Positions 1 through 9,713 of a DNA stretch of 46,537 nucleotides are shown one piece after another. How positions within the stretch are numbered: position 1 is the stretch's first letter; every line of letters begins with the position of its first letter. Source of the DNA: an uncultured Candidatus Puniceispirillum sp. (GTDB lineage Bacteria > Pseudomonadota > Alphaproteobacteria > Puniceispirillales > Puniceispirillaceae); contig CAZYKI010000003.1 in the NCBI GenBank assembly GCA_964648035.1, forward strand, positions 1 to 46,537, given 5' to 3'. Made by a program: the position numbers and the translations under genes. The notes under the pieces are model-generated. The model was not told where the DNA came from. It was given only the letters and a program-made list of their open reading frames with translations, and searched no databases.

Positions 1-31
1 GCCCCGGGGTGATTGAAGGCGGCAGAATGTC

Positions 32-1201
32 CTATTCGTTCAGCGCGACCATAGCCGCATCAACCCCACCTTTTTGGTGCGGGATATTGGCCAAGGACAG
101 CCCCATTTCAACGCCGCTTAGCGTGCCAAGCAGCATCAAATCATTGAAATCACCAAGATGGCCAATGCGGAATACCTTACCAGCCAGCTTTGACAAACCG
201 TTCCCAAGCGACATATTGAACTTTTGAAGCACCCCAGCGCGGAACGCATCGGCATCATGCCCGTCTGGCAACAACACCGCCGTCAATGAACTCGAATAAT
301 CTTTCGGTTCTTGGCACAAAACGTCAAGCCCCCATGCCTGCACCGCCCGCCGGGTGGCCGCGGCATGGCGGTCATGGCGACGGAACACCGCGTCAAGCCC
401 CTCTTCATGAAGCATGTCGATCGCCTCGGCCAAGCCATAGAGAAGGTTGGTGGCCGGCGTGAACGGAAAAGCCCCGCTCTTGTTGGCAGCAATCTGTTCT
501 TCCCAATCCCAATAACTACGGCGCATACCGCCGGATTTTGCCGCCGATAACGCCTTTTCAGATACCGCATTGAACGACAGGCCCGGCGGCAACATCAGCC
601 CTTTTTGCGATCCTGATACAGTGACGTCAACGCCCCATTCGTCATGCCGGAAATCAATCGATGCCAGCGATGAAATCGTATCGACCAGCAACAGCGCGTC
701 ATGGCCGGCATTGTCAATCGCCTGACGGACCTCGCCAATCCGCGAGGTTGACCCGGTCGAGGTTTCGTTATGCACCACGCATACCGCCTTGATGCGGTTT
801 TCGCTATCCGCCCGCAACCGCTCTTCAACCGCCTGCGGATCAACACCGCGCCGCCAGTCGGTCGCCATAAATTCGGTTTCAAGGCCCAACTTGGTCGCCA
901 TCTTGTGCCACAATGACGCAAAATGGCCGGTTTCTACCATCAGCACCAGATCACCTTCATTCAGGCAATTGACCAACGCCGCTTCCCACGCCCCGGTACC
1001 CGATGCCGGATAGATGATCACCGCCCCGTCGGTTTTGAACACCGACTTCATACCAGTCAGGCACTTCATGCCTATCTCGGCAAATTGTGGCCCCCGATGA
1101 TCGATCGTCGGATAGTCCATCGCGCGCAAAATCCGATCCGGCACATTGGTTGGTCCGGGAATTTGCAGAAAGTGACGACCAGCAGCATATGGTGTGGACA
1201 T
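32..1201 (-). CDS. sgaA: Serine/alanine-glyoxylate aminotransferase (PLP class V)
   Basis: Motifs GRHFLQIPGPTN, SGTGAWE, HNETSTG and GSQKGL (PLP lysine), plus FRIGHLG. Start moved to ATG 1201, which follows a GGAG RBS. Confidence 0.88.
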   Translation of the reverse strand: MSTPYAAGRHFLQIPGPTNVPDRILRAMDYPTIDHRGPQFAEIGMKCLTGMKSVFKTDGAVIIYPASGTGAWEAALVNCLNEGDLVLMVETGHFASLWHKMATKLGLETEFMATDWRRGVDPQAVEERLRADSENRIKAVCVVHNETSTGSTSRIGEVRQAIDNAGHDALLLVDTISSLASIDFRHDEWGVDVTVSGSQKGLMLPPGLSFNAVSEKALSAAKSGGMRRSYWDWEEQIAANKSGAFPFTPATNLLYGLAEAIDMLHEEGLDAVFRRHDRHAAATRRAVQAWGLDVLCQEPKDYSSSLTAVLLPDGHDADAFRAGVLQKFNMSLGNGLSKLAGKVFRIGHLGDFNDLMLLGTLSGVEMGLSLANIPHQKGGVDAAMVALNE

Positions 1202-1272
1202 GATATAAAGTCTCCGCTTCAGAGCAGGCACGCCCCGATAAAAATGTCTTGAAGTTGAACCATAAACAGTTT

Positions 1273-1303
1273 TTGTATAACTATACAACAATATTGTATA
1301 CGA
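1273..1303. promoter_or_regulatory. Putative GntR/FadR-family operator in a divergent promoter
   Basis: TTGTATA-ac-TATACAA-caata-TTGTATAcga: two overlapping inverted repeats in an AT-rich intergenic region. A GntR gene lies in the adjacent operon. Confidence 0.6.
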
Positions 1304-1319
1304 AATCATGAGGGTGCCA

Positions 1320-4286
1320 ATGGCCGATGGAGGTTCTTTCCCCGGTTTTGAACGGTTACGTCAATCGCTGGCCGGCGAGATATATAAGGACGGGTTCACG
1401 CGTGGGCGCTATGCGACCGATGCCTCGATCTATCAGATGGTGCCCCATGCCGTGGTGGTGCCGCAAAGCCTTGCCGATGTCGAAGCCACCATCAGCTTTT
1501 GTCGTGAGCACGGCATGGCATTGCTACCGCGCGGTGGCGGCACCTCGCAATGCGGGCAAACAGTTAACCATGCGATTGTTATCGATAACAGCAAATTTCT
1601 GAATAAAATCATCGATCTGGATGTAGAGAATCGGCGCTGTGTTGTTGAGCCGGGGATCGTGCTTGATGAATTGAACCGGCAGTTGAAACCGTATGGCCTG
1701 TGGTTTCCGGTCGATGTATCAACCTCCAGCCGTGCCACCATTGGCGGAATGGCCGGGAATAACAGTTGCGGTGGCCGGTCAATTCGCTATGGCATGATGC
1801 GCGACAATGTGCTGGCAATCGATGCGGTGATGGCCGATGGTAGCGTCGCCCATTTTGGCCGGCTTGATGAAGCGGTTGCCCCCCCATCGGGTCAGTTCGG
1901 GGCGATTCTGCCGCGCTTGCTGGCACTGGGTCAGACCCATGCCGATGAAATCAATAAGTGTTTTCCGCAGGTATTGCGGCGGGTTGGCGGCTATAACATA
2001 GACGCGCTGATTCCCGATGCGATGGCCAAGCGGCCCGGCGGCACGCCTGGCGATGGGATCAATCTGGCGCATCTTTTGGTGGGGTCGGAAGGCACGCTTG
2101 CCTATTCCAGCCATATCACCTTGAAGCTGTCGCCACTGCCCGCACAAAAGGTCATGGCCTTGTGTCATTTCCCAAGCTTTTATAAAGCGATGGATGCGGC
2201 CCAGCATCTGGTGACGCTGGATCCGGTTGCGGTTGAGCTGATTGACAGCACGATGCTTGACCTTGCGCGCTCGATTGCTCTGTTCAAACCCACGGTCGAG
2301 GCCTATGTGCGGGGCCAGCCCGAAGCTATTCTTGTGGTCGAATTTGCCGAAGATGACATGGGCGAAAATATGCGCCGGCTTGACGCGCTGACCGCGATGA
2401 TGGCCGATCTTGGGTTTGGCTGGGACAAGGCGGCCGATCGTACCGGCGGCGCGGTTATTCTGACCGAAAATGCGGATCAGGCCCGGGTCAGCGAGATGCG
2501 GAAGTCCGGATTAAACATCATGATGTCGATGAAAAGCACCGCCAAGCCGGTCTCCTTTGTCGAGGATTGCGCCGTACCGCTTGCCGATCTTGCTGATTAC
2601 ACTGCCGAATTGACCGCAATTTTTACCAAATATAACACCACCGGCACATGGTACGCACATGCCTCGGTTGGCTGTCTTCATGTGCGGCCGGTTCTGGATA
2701 TGAAACAAGCCAATGATGTGGCCGCGATGCGCGGTATTGCCGAAGAGGCGTTTGCCCTCGTCCGCAAATATGGCGGCTCACATTCCGGCGAACATGGCGA
2801 TGGCATCGTTCGCTCAGAATTTAACGAGGTGATGTTCGGGCCGAAAATGGGCGCCTTGTTCCGTGAGGTCAAACAGCTGTTTGACCCGGCGAACATATTT
2901 AATCCGGGAAAGATTACCGACGCCCCGAAAATGGATGACAGGTCGCTTTTCCGCTATGCACCCGGCTATCACATCGATGAATTTCCGACCCAATTGAACT
3001 GGGATGCGTGGCCTGGTGCGGCCGGCGGCCTGCAGGGCGCGGTCGAGATGTGCAACAATAACGGGGCCTGCCGGAAATTGTCGGGTGGGGTGATGTGTCC
3101 GTCTTACCGGGCGACATTGAACGAGCGTGACGCAACCCGTGGCCGTGCCAATAGCTTGCGCCTTGCATTATCTGGCCAGCTTGGCCCCGATGCGCTGGTC
3201 AGCGATGACATGGCCGAAACCATGAAGCTGTGCGTCTCGTGCAAGGCGTGCAAACGCGAATGTCCAACCGGCGTTGATATGGCGCGCATGAAGGTTGAAG
3301 TCACCGCCTTGCGCGCGGCTGCCAAAGGCCTGTCTTGGCATGACCGGCTGGTTGCCTATTTACCGCATTACGCGCCCTATGCGGCGCGTTTGGCGCCGGT
3401 GATCCGATTGCGCGACACCGTGCCGGGGCTTGCCTGGCTCAGTGAAAAGCTGACCGGCTTCAGCCGCCACCGGCCGTTACCAGAATTCCGGCAGGACTGG
3501 TTCAAACCCGATGAGTTGCCAGCAAAAGCCGGCACAATCGGGAATGACAAGCCACCAGTCCTATTGTTTGTCGACAGCTTTAACCGCTATTTTGAGCCTG
3601 AAAATCTACGGGCCGCAGCGCGGGTCCTCGCGGCCGCCGGTTATGATGTCTTTACCCCGATGCCAGAAGATCACGGGCGGCCCCTTTGTTGCGGACGAAC
3701 ATTTTTATCGACCGGCCTTGTCGACAAGGCTCGCGCCGAGGCTGAAAGGCTGGTTGCGGCCTTGGCCCCATGCGCCGCTGCTGGCATTCCGATCGTCGGA
3801 CTTGAACCATCATGCACCCTTGCGTTGCGTGACGAGATACCCGCCTTGCTGAACAGCGATGCGGCCAAGACTGTCGCCGCTGCCAGCCTGACATTTGAAG
3901 AATTGCTGGCCCGCGACAAGCCGGTACTTCCATTGGCCCCATCAACCGCCAAGGCGCTGCTTCACGGGCATTGCCATCAAAAGGCCTTTGATGTTGTCAA
4001 ACCTATTGAAGAGGTTCTTGGCTGGATTGACGGGCTTGAGGTATCAACGATCAACAGCAGCTGTTGCGGCATGGCCGGGGCGTTTGGCTATGGTGCCGAT
4101 ACCTATGATGTATCAATGCGCATGGCCGAAGCTGATTTGTTACCCGCCGTTCGTCAGGCGGACAAGGACACCATCATCATTGCCGATGGCACCTCCTGCC
4201 GCTGCCAGATTGGCGATGCAACCGCCCGAAATGCCCAACATGTCGCAATTCTTCTGGACGCCTATTTGAAACAAAACGATACTTGA
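1320..4286 (+). CDS. FAD-binding and 4Fe-4S oxidoreductase (GlcD-GlcF/YdiJ-like fused 2-hydroxyacid dehydrogenase)
   Basis: PRGGGTSQCGQ FAD-PCMH motif, GCLHVRP and SGEHGDG, Fe-S motifs CNNNGAC and CVSCKACKRECP, and two CCG motifs. GAGGG precedes ATG 1320; 1308 is an alternative start. Confidence 0.9.
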   Translation: MADGGSFPGFERLRQSLAGEIYKDGFTRGRYATDASIYQMVPHAVVVPQSLADVEATISFCREHGMALLPRGGGTSQCGQTVNHAIVIDNSKFLNKIIDLDVENRRCVVEPGIVLDELNRQLKPYGLWFPVDVSTSSRATIGGMAGNNSCGGRSIRYGMMRDNVLAIDAVMADGSVAHFGRLDEAVAPPSGQFGAILPRLLALGQTHADEINKCFPQVLRRVGGYNIDALIPDAMAKRPGGTPGDGINLAHLLVGSEGTLAYSSHITLKLSPLPAQKVMALCHFPSFYKAMDAAQHLVTLDPVAVELIDSTMLDLARSIALFKPTVEAYVRGQPEAILVVEFAEDDMGENMRRLDALTAMMADLGFGWDKAADRTGGAVILTENADQARVSEMRKSGLNIMMSMKSTAKPVSFVEDCAVPLADLADYTAELTAIFTKYNTTGTWYAHASVGCLHVRPVLDMKQANDVAAMRGIAEEAFALVRKYGGSHSGEHGDGIVRSEFNEVMFGPKMGALFREVKQLFDPANIFNPGKITDAPKMDDRSLFRYAPGYHIDEFPTQLNWDAWPGAAGGLQGAVEMCNNNGACRKLSGGVMCPSYRATLNERDATRGRANSLRLALSGQLGPDALVSDDMAETMKLCVSCKACKRECPTGVDMARMKVEVTALRAAAKGLSWHDRLVAYLPHYAPYAARLAPVIRLRDTVPGLAWLSEKLTGFSRHRPLPEFRQDWFKPDELPAKAGTIGNDKPPVLLFVDSFNRYFEPENLRAAARVLAAAGYDVFTPMPEDHGRPLCCGRTFLSTGLVDKARAEAERLVAALAPCAAAGIPIVGLEPSCTLALRDEIPALLNSDAAKTVAAASLTFEELLARDKPVLPLAPSTAKALLHGHCHQKAFDVVKPIEEVLGWIDGLEVSTINSSCCGMAGAFGYGADTYDVSMRMAEADLLPAVRQADKDTIIIADGTSCRCQIGDATARNAQHVAILLDAYLKQNDT

Positions 4287-4317
4287 TCTGGACCTAACAG
4301 CGGAGCGCAACCAGACT

Positions 4318-4989
4318 ATGGACAGACTGCCGTCTGCAAAAATAAGGGACTCGCTAGAACAGCGCATCATCGAAGGTGAGCTTGGCAATGGCAAGCGCCT
4401 CGATGAAACCGAATTATCGGCCTATTACGGCGTATCGCGAACGCCGGTGCGCGAAGCGCTTCAGCGCTTGGCTGAGTCGGGACTGGCCGAACATATGCCG
4501 CGGCGCGGCACCTTTGTCCGTACGCCAAGCCTTGGCCGACTGGTGGAAATGTTCGAGGTGATGGCGGAATTGGAATGTATGGCGATCAAGCTGGCAATCC
4601 GGCGCGCCACGCCAGCAGATATTGTCAAACTCGAAAAAGATAATGAAATCTGCCGGGCCGCCGTCAAAGCCAATGACAAGAAGAAATATTACGAGGTCAA
4701 TGCCCGGCTTCACGGCCATATTTATCAGATGTCCGGCAACGGATTTCTTGCCGATGAAGCACAAAAGCTACATGACCGCTTGCGACCGTTCCGGCGCCTG
4801 CAATTGCGGGTGCGCGGGCGCATGGAAGAATCAATGGCCGAACATGATATCATTTTAGCGGCGATCCGCGACGGCGATGCCGAACGCGCCATTGAAACCA
4901 TGCAAAAACACATTACCATAGTCGGCATGCGATTTAATGATCTTGTTTCAGACTTCAACACAATCATGGCCGACAACGCCGATTTATAA
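4318..4989 (+). CDS. GntR-family (FadR/FCD) transcriptional regulator
   Basis: wHTH motif GVSRTPVREAL and an FCD domain (N..LH, EH..I, H). GGAG RBS. Confidence 0.93.
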   Translation: MDRLPSAKIRDSLEQRIIEGELGNGKRLDETELSAYYGVSRTPVREALQRLAESGLAEHMPRRGTFVRTPSLGRLVEMFEVMAELECMAIKLAIRRATPADIVKLEKDNEICRAAVKANDKKKYYEVNARLHGHIYQMSGNGFLADEAQKLHDRLRPFRRLQLRVRGRMEESMAEHDIILAAIRDGDAERAIETMQKHITIVGMRFNDLVSDFNTIMADNADL

Positions 4990-5087
4990 TGGGCTTTGCC
5001 GGCACGGCATAACGCCGGTCATCATCAGCGATATTCCACAATAAATTAAAGACCACAGACACGGGCGACCGCAGGGGAGAAAGACAT

Positions 5088-6890
5088 ATGTCAAACAGTA
5101 ACGAGTTAAATGGCGGTCAGGTCATTATTGATTATCTGATCAAGGAAAAAGTGCCTTATGTGTTTGGTCTGTGTGGTCACGGCAATATTGGCCTGATCGA
5201 TGCGATGTATGAACGTCAGGACGAGATTGGCACCATCTCGGTCCATCATGAGAGCGTTGCCGGCTTTATGGCCGATGTCTATTACCGCGTATCTGGCCAG
5301 CCGACAGCCACCTTTACGTCATGCGGTCCGGGTTCGGCCAATTTGCCGATCAGCCTTGCCAATGCGTTTTTTGACTCGGTGCCGTTTCTGGCGATTACCG
5401 GTAATGTGCCAACAAGCCAGTTTAACCGCGGCGCCTTTCAAGAAACCTACCGCCATTATCAGGCTGATTTTCCGTCAACCGTTCAGGCCTATTGCAAACG
5501 GGTCTATCAACCAACCCGCGGCGAGCAGGTCCCGCTGATGATGCGACAGGCATGGAAAACCATGACCACCGGCCGGCCAGGCCCGGTCGTGATGGATGTG
5601 CCGTTCGATATTTTCAAGGAAGCCGCCGCCAGTGAAACCCCGGACCCGGCCTTGTGGTCGGCCAACATCTCGTCGCGCTGTGGGGCAGACCCTGACGGGG
5701 TTACCAAAGCTGTCGATATGCTGTTGGCGGCTGAAAAGCCGGTGATTGTCGTCGGCCAGGGGGTCCGTTACGGCGGCGCGGCAGACGAGCTACGCCTTCT
5801 CGCCGAACGGTTGCAAATTCCGGTAGCCTCGTCGGCAAGCGGCCTTGGGGCGTTGCCTGTCAAGCATCCGCTGTCCCTAGGGCTGGTCCAACGTGGTGGC
5901 ACCTATCAAGCCAATCATGCCTGCCGGCAAGCGGACGTGCTATTGGCGTTGGGCGTACGGTTCGATGACCGCACCTCAAGTTCGTGGATTCCCGGCTATT
6001 CTTTCACCATCCCGCCGACAAAGCTGATCCATGTTGACATCGATCCTGAGGAAATCGGCCGTAATTACCCGGTGGCCTTAGGGCTGATGGCTGATGTGCG
6101 TACCTTTGTGCGGCAGATATTGGCCGAACTTGACCGGCGCGGGCATAGTGGTGGCCCCACCGCCAGCAGCCGGAAATGGTTGTCAGCCATCGACGGCTAT
6201 CGGGCCGAATGGGATGCCTTTGTGGCGCCCGGCTTTACCGATGACTCGACGCCAATCAACCCGCAGCGTGCCGCCATCGAGATCGACAAGGCGTTGCCCG
6301 AAGACGCCATTCTGGTCAGTGATATTGGCGTGCATCACAACTGGCTGCTGCAATTCTGCAATCCGACCCGCCCCGATTCATTGATTGGATCGATGGGGTT
6401 TGGCCCGATGGGATTTGGCGTGGCCGGGGTGATGGGCGCCAAGCTGGCAGCCCCCGACCGGCCATGTGTATCGGTATGTGGTGACGGGGCCTTTTTCATG
6501 CATGCCAACGCGCTTGGCACCGCGGTCGAATATAACCTGCCGGTGGTGTGGGTTGTTTGGAACAATTATGCCTATGGATCCATCCGCGGCTTGCAACGCG
6601 GCTATCTTGACAGCCGCGAGCTGGCCACCGACTTCCACCATCCGGAAACCGGACAACCCTATAACCCCGACTTTGCCGCAATGGCGCGGTCTGCCGGCGT
6701 TGCCGGGGTTAGCGTTGACAAACCCGACGATCTTGGTGCGGCAATCGACATGGCGATCAAAGCCAACCGACCCTATCTCATCGATGCTAATATTGGCGGC
6801 GATTTGAACCCGCCAGGGGCTGGCGTTTGGGAAATTCCAGGGCTTGGCGTTAACAAGCCAGCGATTGGAACGCGCTATATCCCCGAATAA
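5088..6890 (+). CDS. Thiamine diphosphate-dependent enzyme (acetolactate synthase/IolD-like fold)
   Basis: GLCGHGN, HHE (cofactor-activating Glu), CGPG, PGPV, and GDG-x24-NN ThDP motif. Strong GGGGAG RBS. Confidence 0.88.
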   Translation: MSNSNELNGGQVIIDYLIKEKVPYVFGLCGHGNIGLIDAMYERQDEIGTISVHHESVAGFMADVYYRVSGQPTATFTSCGPGSANLPISLANAFFDSVPFLAITGNVPTSQFNRGAFQETYRHYQADFPSTVQAYCKRVYQPTRGEQVPLMMRQAWKTMTTGRPGPVVMDVPFDIFKEAAASETPDPALWSANISSRCGADPDGVTKAVDMLLAAEKPVIVVGQGVRYGGAADELRLLAERLQIPVASSASGLGALPVKHPLSLGLVQRGGTYQANHACRQADVLLALGVRFDDRTSSSWIPGYSFTIPPTKLIHVDIDPEEIGRNYPVALGLMADVRTFVRQILAELDRRGHSGGPTASSRKWLSAIDGYRAEWDAFVAPGFTDDSTPINPQRAAIEIDKALPEDAILVSDIGVHHNWLLQFCNPTRPDSLIGSMGFGPMGFGVAGVMGAKLAAPDRPCVSVCGDGAFFMHANALGTAVEYNLPVVWVVWNNYAYGSIRGLQRGYLDSRELATDFHHPETGQPYNPDFAAMARSAGVAGVSVDKPDDLGAAIDMAIKANRPYLIDANIGGDLNPPGAGVWEIPGLGVNKPAIGTRYIPE

Positions 6891-8033
6891 TCAGCGCTTT
6901 GGCAGCCATTCGGCCGGTACCGGCAATTGCCCCTGAAACAGGCGGCGCTGGGTCCGGCTGGTGGCGGCCGAGTCAGCATGGTAGCTGTTCCCGCGGTGGC
7001 TGACCATCGCGCGCGCTTCAACGACCCCGGACGCCGTGCCAATTCGCAGCGGGGCGTGGTTGGTGCTGATCGCATGAACCACTGTTCCGGGCACCGCGGC
7101 GGCGGCGGCGGCACACATCGACGAACTCAGCGGAATGGCCCGATGGAAATTTTCCATCGACACCATCTTGATGATCACATCCATATCGGTGGCCGGTATC
7201 ACCGTCCCATCCAGTGCGGGCAAATCGGCTGGCGGTGCCACCACACCAATTTTCGGATTGGACTGAAGCGCAGCATCAGCGTTTGGTGCCATGCCCATAG
7301 CCACCGCGGCATGGCGGCGGATCGCCTCGATCTTGACCGCAAGGTCACGATATGTATCCAGCTGTTGCGGCAACGCTGTTGCATCAACCCCAAGATCAGC
7401 CGCGCGCAAAAACACCACCGGATTGGTTGCATCAACACAAGATACATCAATAGCGCCGACATCCGGTACCATAAACCGATCACAAGCCTGACCGGTTGGC
7501 AAAAGACCAACTGTGCGCGCCCCGCCAGGATTTATAAATTCAAGATCAATCCGCGCCCCACTGCCACTGACACCGGGAATGGTAAATGTGCCTGCCTCGA
7601 CCGCGAGGCCGCCTGCCACCATAAACCGCGCATGATAGATTTTGTCTGTATTGGTGTTGTAGACGCGGATCACCGCCAGCCCATCGGCCACTGGCACCAC
7701 CCCTTCATCAACCGCAAAGGGGCCAACCGACGCCGCCATATTGCCGCAGAACATGCCATAGTCGATCACCCCGTCGCGCACGCCCACCTGCACAAATGTG
7801 TAATCAACATCGGCATCATCGCGCAGCGACGGGGCGACAATGACAATCTTTGACAAGGACGAAATTCCGCCACCCATTCCGTCAAGCTGGCGGCCATAGG
7901 GGTCGGGGCTTCCCATCACATGCCGAAACAGCGGGTCCCACAATGTCTTGTCGGCAGGCAGATCCCGTTCGTGAAAGATCAGTGCGTTGGAACTGCCCCC
8001 GCGCGCGAAAACCGCGTTAATCACCTGTCGCAT
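6891..8033 (-). CDS. PrpF-family isomerase (AcnD-accessory/4-oxalomesaconate tautomerase-like)
   Basis: RGGSS, GSPDPYGRQLDGMGGG.SSLSK, CGN (catalytic Cys) and SMENFHRA motifs. Confidence 0.9.
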   Translation of the reverse strand: MRQVINAVFARGGSSNALIFHERDLPADKTLWDPLFRHVMGSPDPYGRQLDGMGGGISSLSKIVIVAPSLRDDADVDYTFVQVGVRDGVIDYGMFCGNMAASVGPFAVDEGVVPVADGLAVIRVYNTNTDKIYHARFMVAGGLAVEAGTFTIPGVSGSGARIDLEFINPGGARTVGLLPTGQACDRFMVPDVGAIDVSCVDATNPVVFLRAADLGVDATALPQQLDTYRDLAVKIEAIRRHAAVAMGMAPNADAALQSNPKIGVVAPPADLPALDGTVIPATDMDVIIKMVSMENFHRAIPLSSSMCAAAAAAVPGTVVHAISTNHAPLRIGTASGVVEARAMVSHRGNSYHADSAATSRTQRRLFQGQLPVPAEWLPKR

Positions 8034-8045
8034 GCCCGATGCGCC

Positions 8046-9689
8046 CTAGCCCACATCCTTGGCCCGTTCACGCAAAACGGTTTTCTGGATTTTGCCGGTC
8101 TGGGTTTTTGGCAATGCCGTAAAAACAAAATGTTTTGGCACTTTATAGCCAGCCAAATGTTGCCGGCAAAAGCTGGTCAATGCATCGGCCGTTGGTTCTG
8201 CCGCATCCGGTTTCAAGGTGATAAAGGCACAAGGTGTCTCGCCCCATTTTTCATCGGGCCGGGCCACGACCGCGGCTTCCATAATATCCGGATGCTGATA
8301 GAGCGCCTCTTCCACCTCTAGGCTAGAGATATTTTCACCGCCCGAAATGATGATATCTTTTGACCGATCCTTGACCTCGGCATAGCCGTCAGCATGCATC
8401 ACCGCCAGATCACCACTATGGAACCAGCCGCCAGCCGATGCGCGGGCAGTGTCATCGGGATTGTCAAGATACCCCTTCATCACGATATTACCGCGCAGCA
8501 TAATCTCGCCAATCGTGGTGCCATCTGCCGGTACCGGCTTCATGGTATCAGGATCCACCACCTGAAATTCACCGGCAAGCACATGCGGTACGCCCTGCCG
8601 TGCCATTTTCTGGGCACGGTTTGCCAATGGCAAACCTTCCCACTCTTCTTGCATTTCGCAAATCAATGACGGGCCATAGGATTCGGTCAGCCCGTAAAGA
8701 TGGATCACGTTGAATCCCATCGATTCCATATCATCGATTACCTTGCTTGGTGGTGCCGCCCCGCCGGTTGCCACCTGCACCGGCACCGGCTGGGTCGATT
8801 TTGGCTTTACCGCCGCCGGGGCATGGATCAACATTGACAGCACCACCGGTGCCGCCGCCATATGGGTCACACCTTCAGCCGCAATCAGCCGGAAGATTTC
8901 TGCCGGATCAACCGCCCGTAAACAGACATGCGTTGCGCCAATCGCGGTAACCGCCCACGGATGCGTCCAGCCATTGCAATGGAACAGCGGCAAGGTCCAC
9001 AGATACTTGCTTTTCGTTGTCAGCCCCAGCGCCATCACATTGCCAAGCGCATTAAGGGCCGCCCCGCGGTGGGAATAGACAACACCTTTCGGATTACCCG
9101 TGGTGCCGGATGTATAGCTAAGCGATATCGCCATCATCTCGTCGGCAAGCTCAAACCGCGGCACGTCACCGGCACCTGCGAGGAATGTGTTATAATCCAT
9201 CGCGCCAATCACCCGGCCCACATCGACCGCCGGATCATCAATGCCGATCACACGCATATCCCGACCGCTTAATGCCAGCGCCGCTTCGGCCACATCGGCA
9301 TATTCGCGATCAACAAACAGCAGCTGGCTGTCACCATGCGTGAGAATGCCGGCAATCGTTTTGGCGTCAAGGCGGGTATTGATTGTGTTCAACACCGCCC
9401 CGGTCATCGGCACGGCAAAATGCAACTCCAGCATTTCCGGTATGTTCGGGCAAATCACTGACACGGTCTGACCCGGCGTGATACCCGCCCCGATCAACGC
9501 CGCCGCCAAACGTTCACAACGCGCGCCAAATTCGCCATAGCTATAGCGCCGCGCGCCATAGGCAATGGCTGTCTTGTCGCGGAAAATATAGGCAGATCGG
9601 CGCAAAAAATGCACCGGCGACAGCGGTTGAAAATCGGCCCCACCCATATCAAGCCGTTCATAGGGTGATGCTGACAAATCTGATGACAT
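8046..9689 (-). CDS. AMP-forming short/medium-chain acyl-CoA synthetase (LvaE-like)
   Basis: PLSP..FL, YTSGTTGNPKG, WTLPLFHCNGW, YGLTE, DRSKDIIISGGENIS and TGKIQK. Confidence 0.9.
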   Translation of the reverse strand: MSSDLSASPYERLDMGGADFQPLSPVHFLRRSAYIFRDKTAIAYGARRYSYGEFGARCERLAAALIGAGITPGQTVSVICPNIPEMLELHFAVPMTGAVLNTINTRLDAKTIAGILTHGDSQLLFVDREYADVAEAALALSGRDMRVIGIDDPAVDVGRVIGAMDYNTFLAGAGDVPRFELADEMMAISLSYTSGTTGNPKGVVYSHRGAALNALGNVMALGLTTKSKYLWTLPLFHCNGWTHPWAVTAIGATHVCLRAVDPAEIFRLIAAEGVTHMAAAPVVLSMLIHAPAAVKPKSTQPVPVQVATGGAAPPSKVIDDMESMGFNVIHLYGLTESYGPSLICEMQEEWEGLPLANRAQKMARQGVPHVLAGEFQVVDPDTMKPVPADGTTIGEIMLRGNIVMKGYLDNPDDTARASAGGWFHSGDLAVMHADGYAEVKDRSKDIIISGGENISSLEVEEALYQHPDIMEAAVVARPDEKWGETPCAFITLKPDAAEPTADALTSFCRQHLAGYKVPKHFVFTALPKTQTGKIQKTVLRERAKDVG

Positions 9690-9713
9690 TTTTATGATCT
9701 CCTTTTTCCGGCG

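Noticed and set aside
1202-1319. Extended N-termini of the ORF-track calls (1309 on minus, 1308 on plus)
   Set aside because: The extensions would overlap head-to-head and cover the operator. Downstream ATGs with RBSs fit the family N-termini better. The same trimming was applied to several other ORFs.
6927-7853. 308-aa plus-strand ORF
   Set aside because: Antisense shadow of the PrpF gene, with His/Arg-rich composition typical of non-coding frames.
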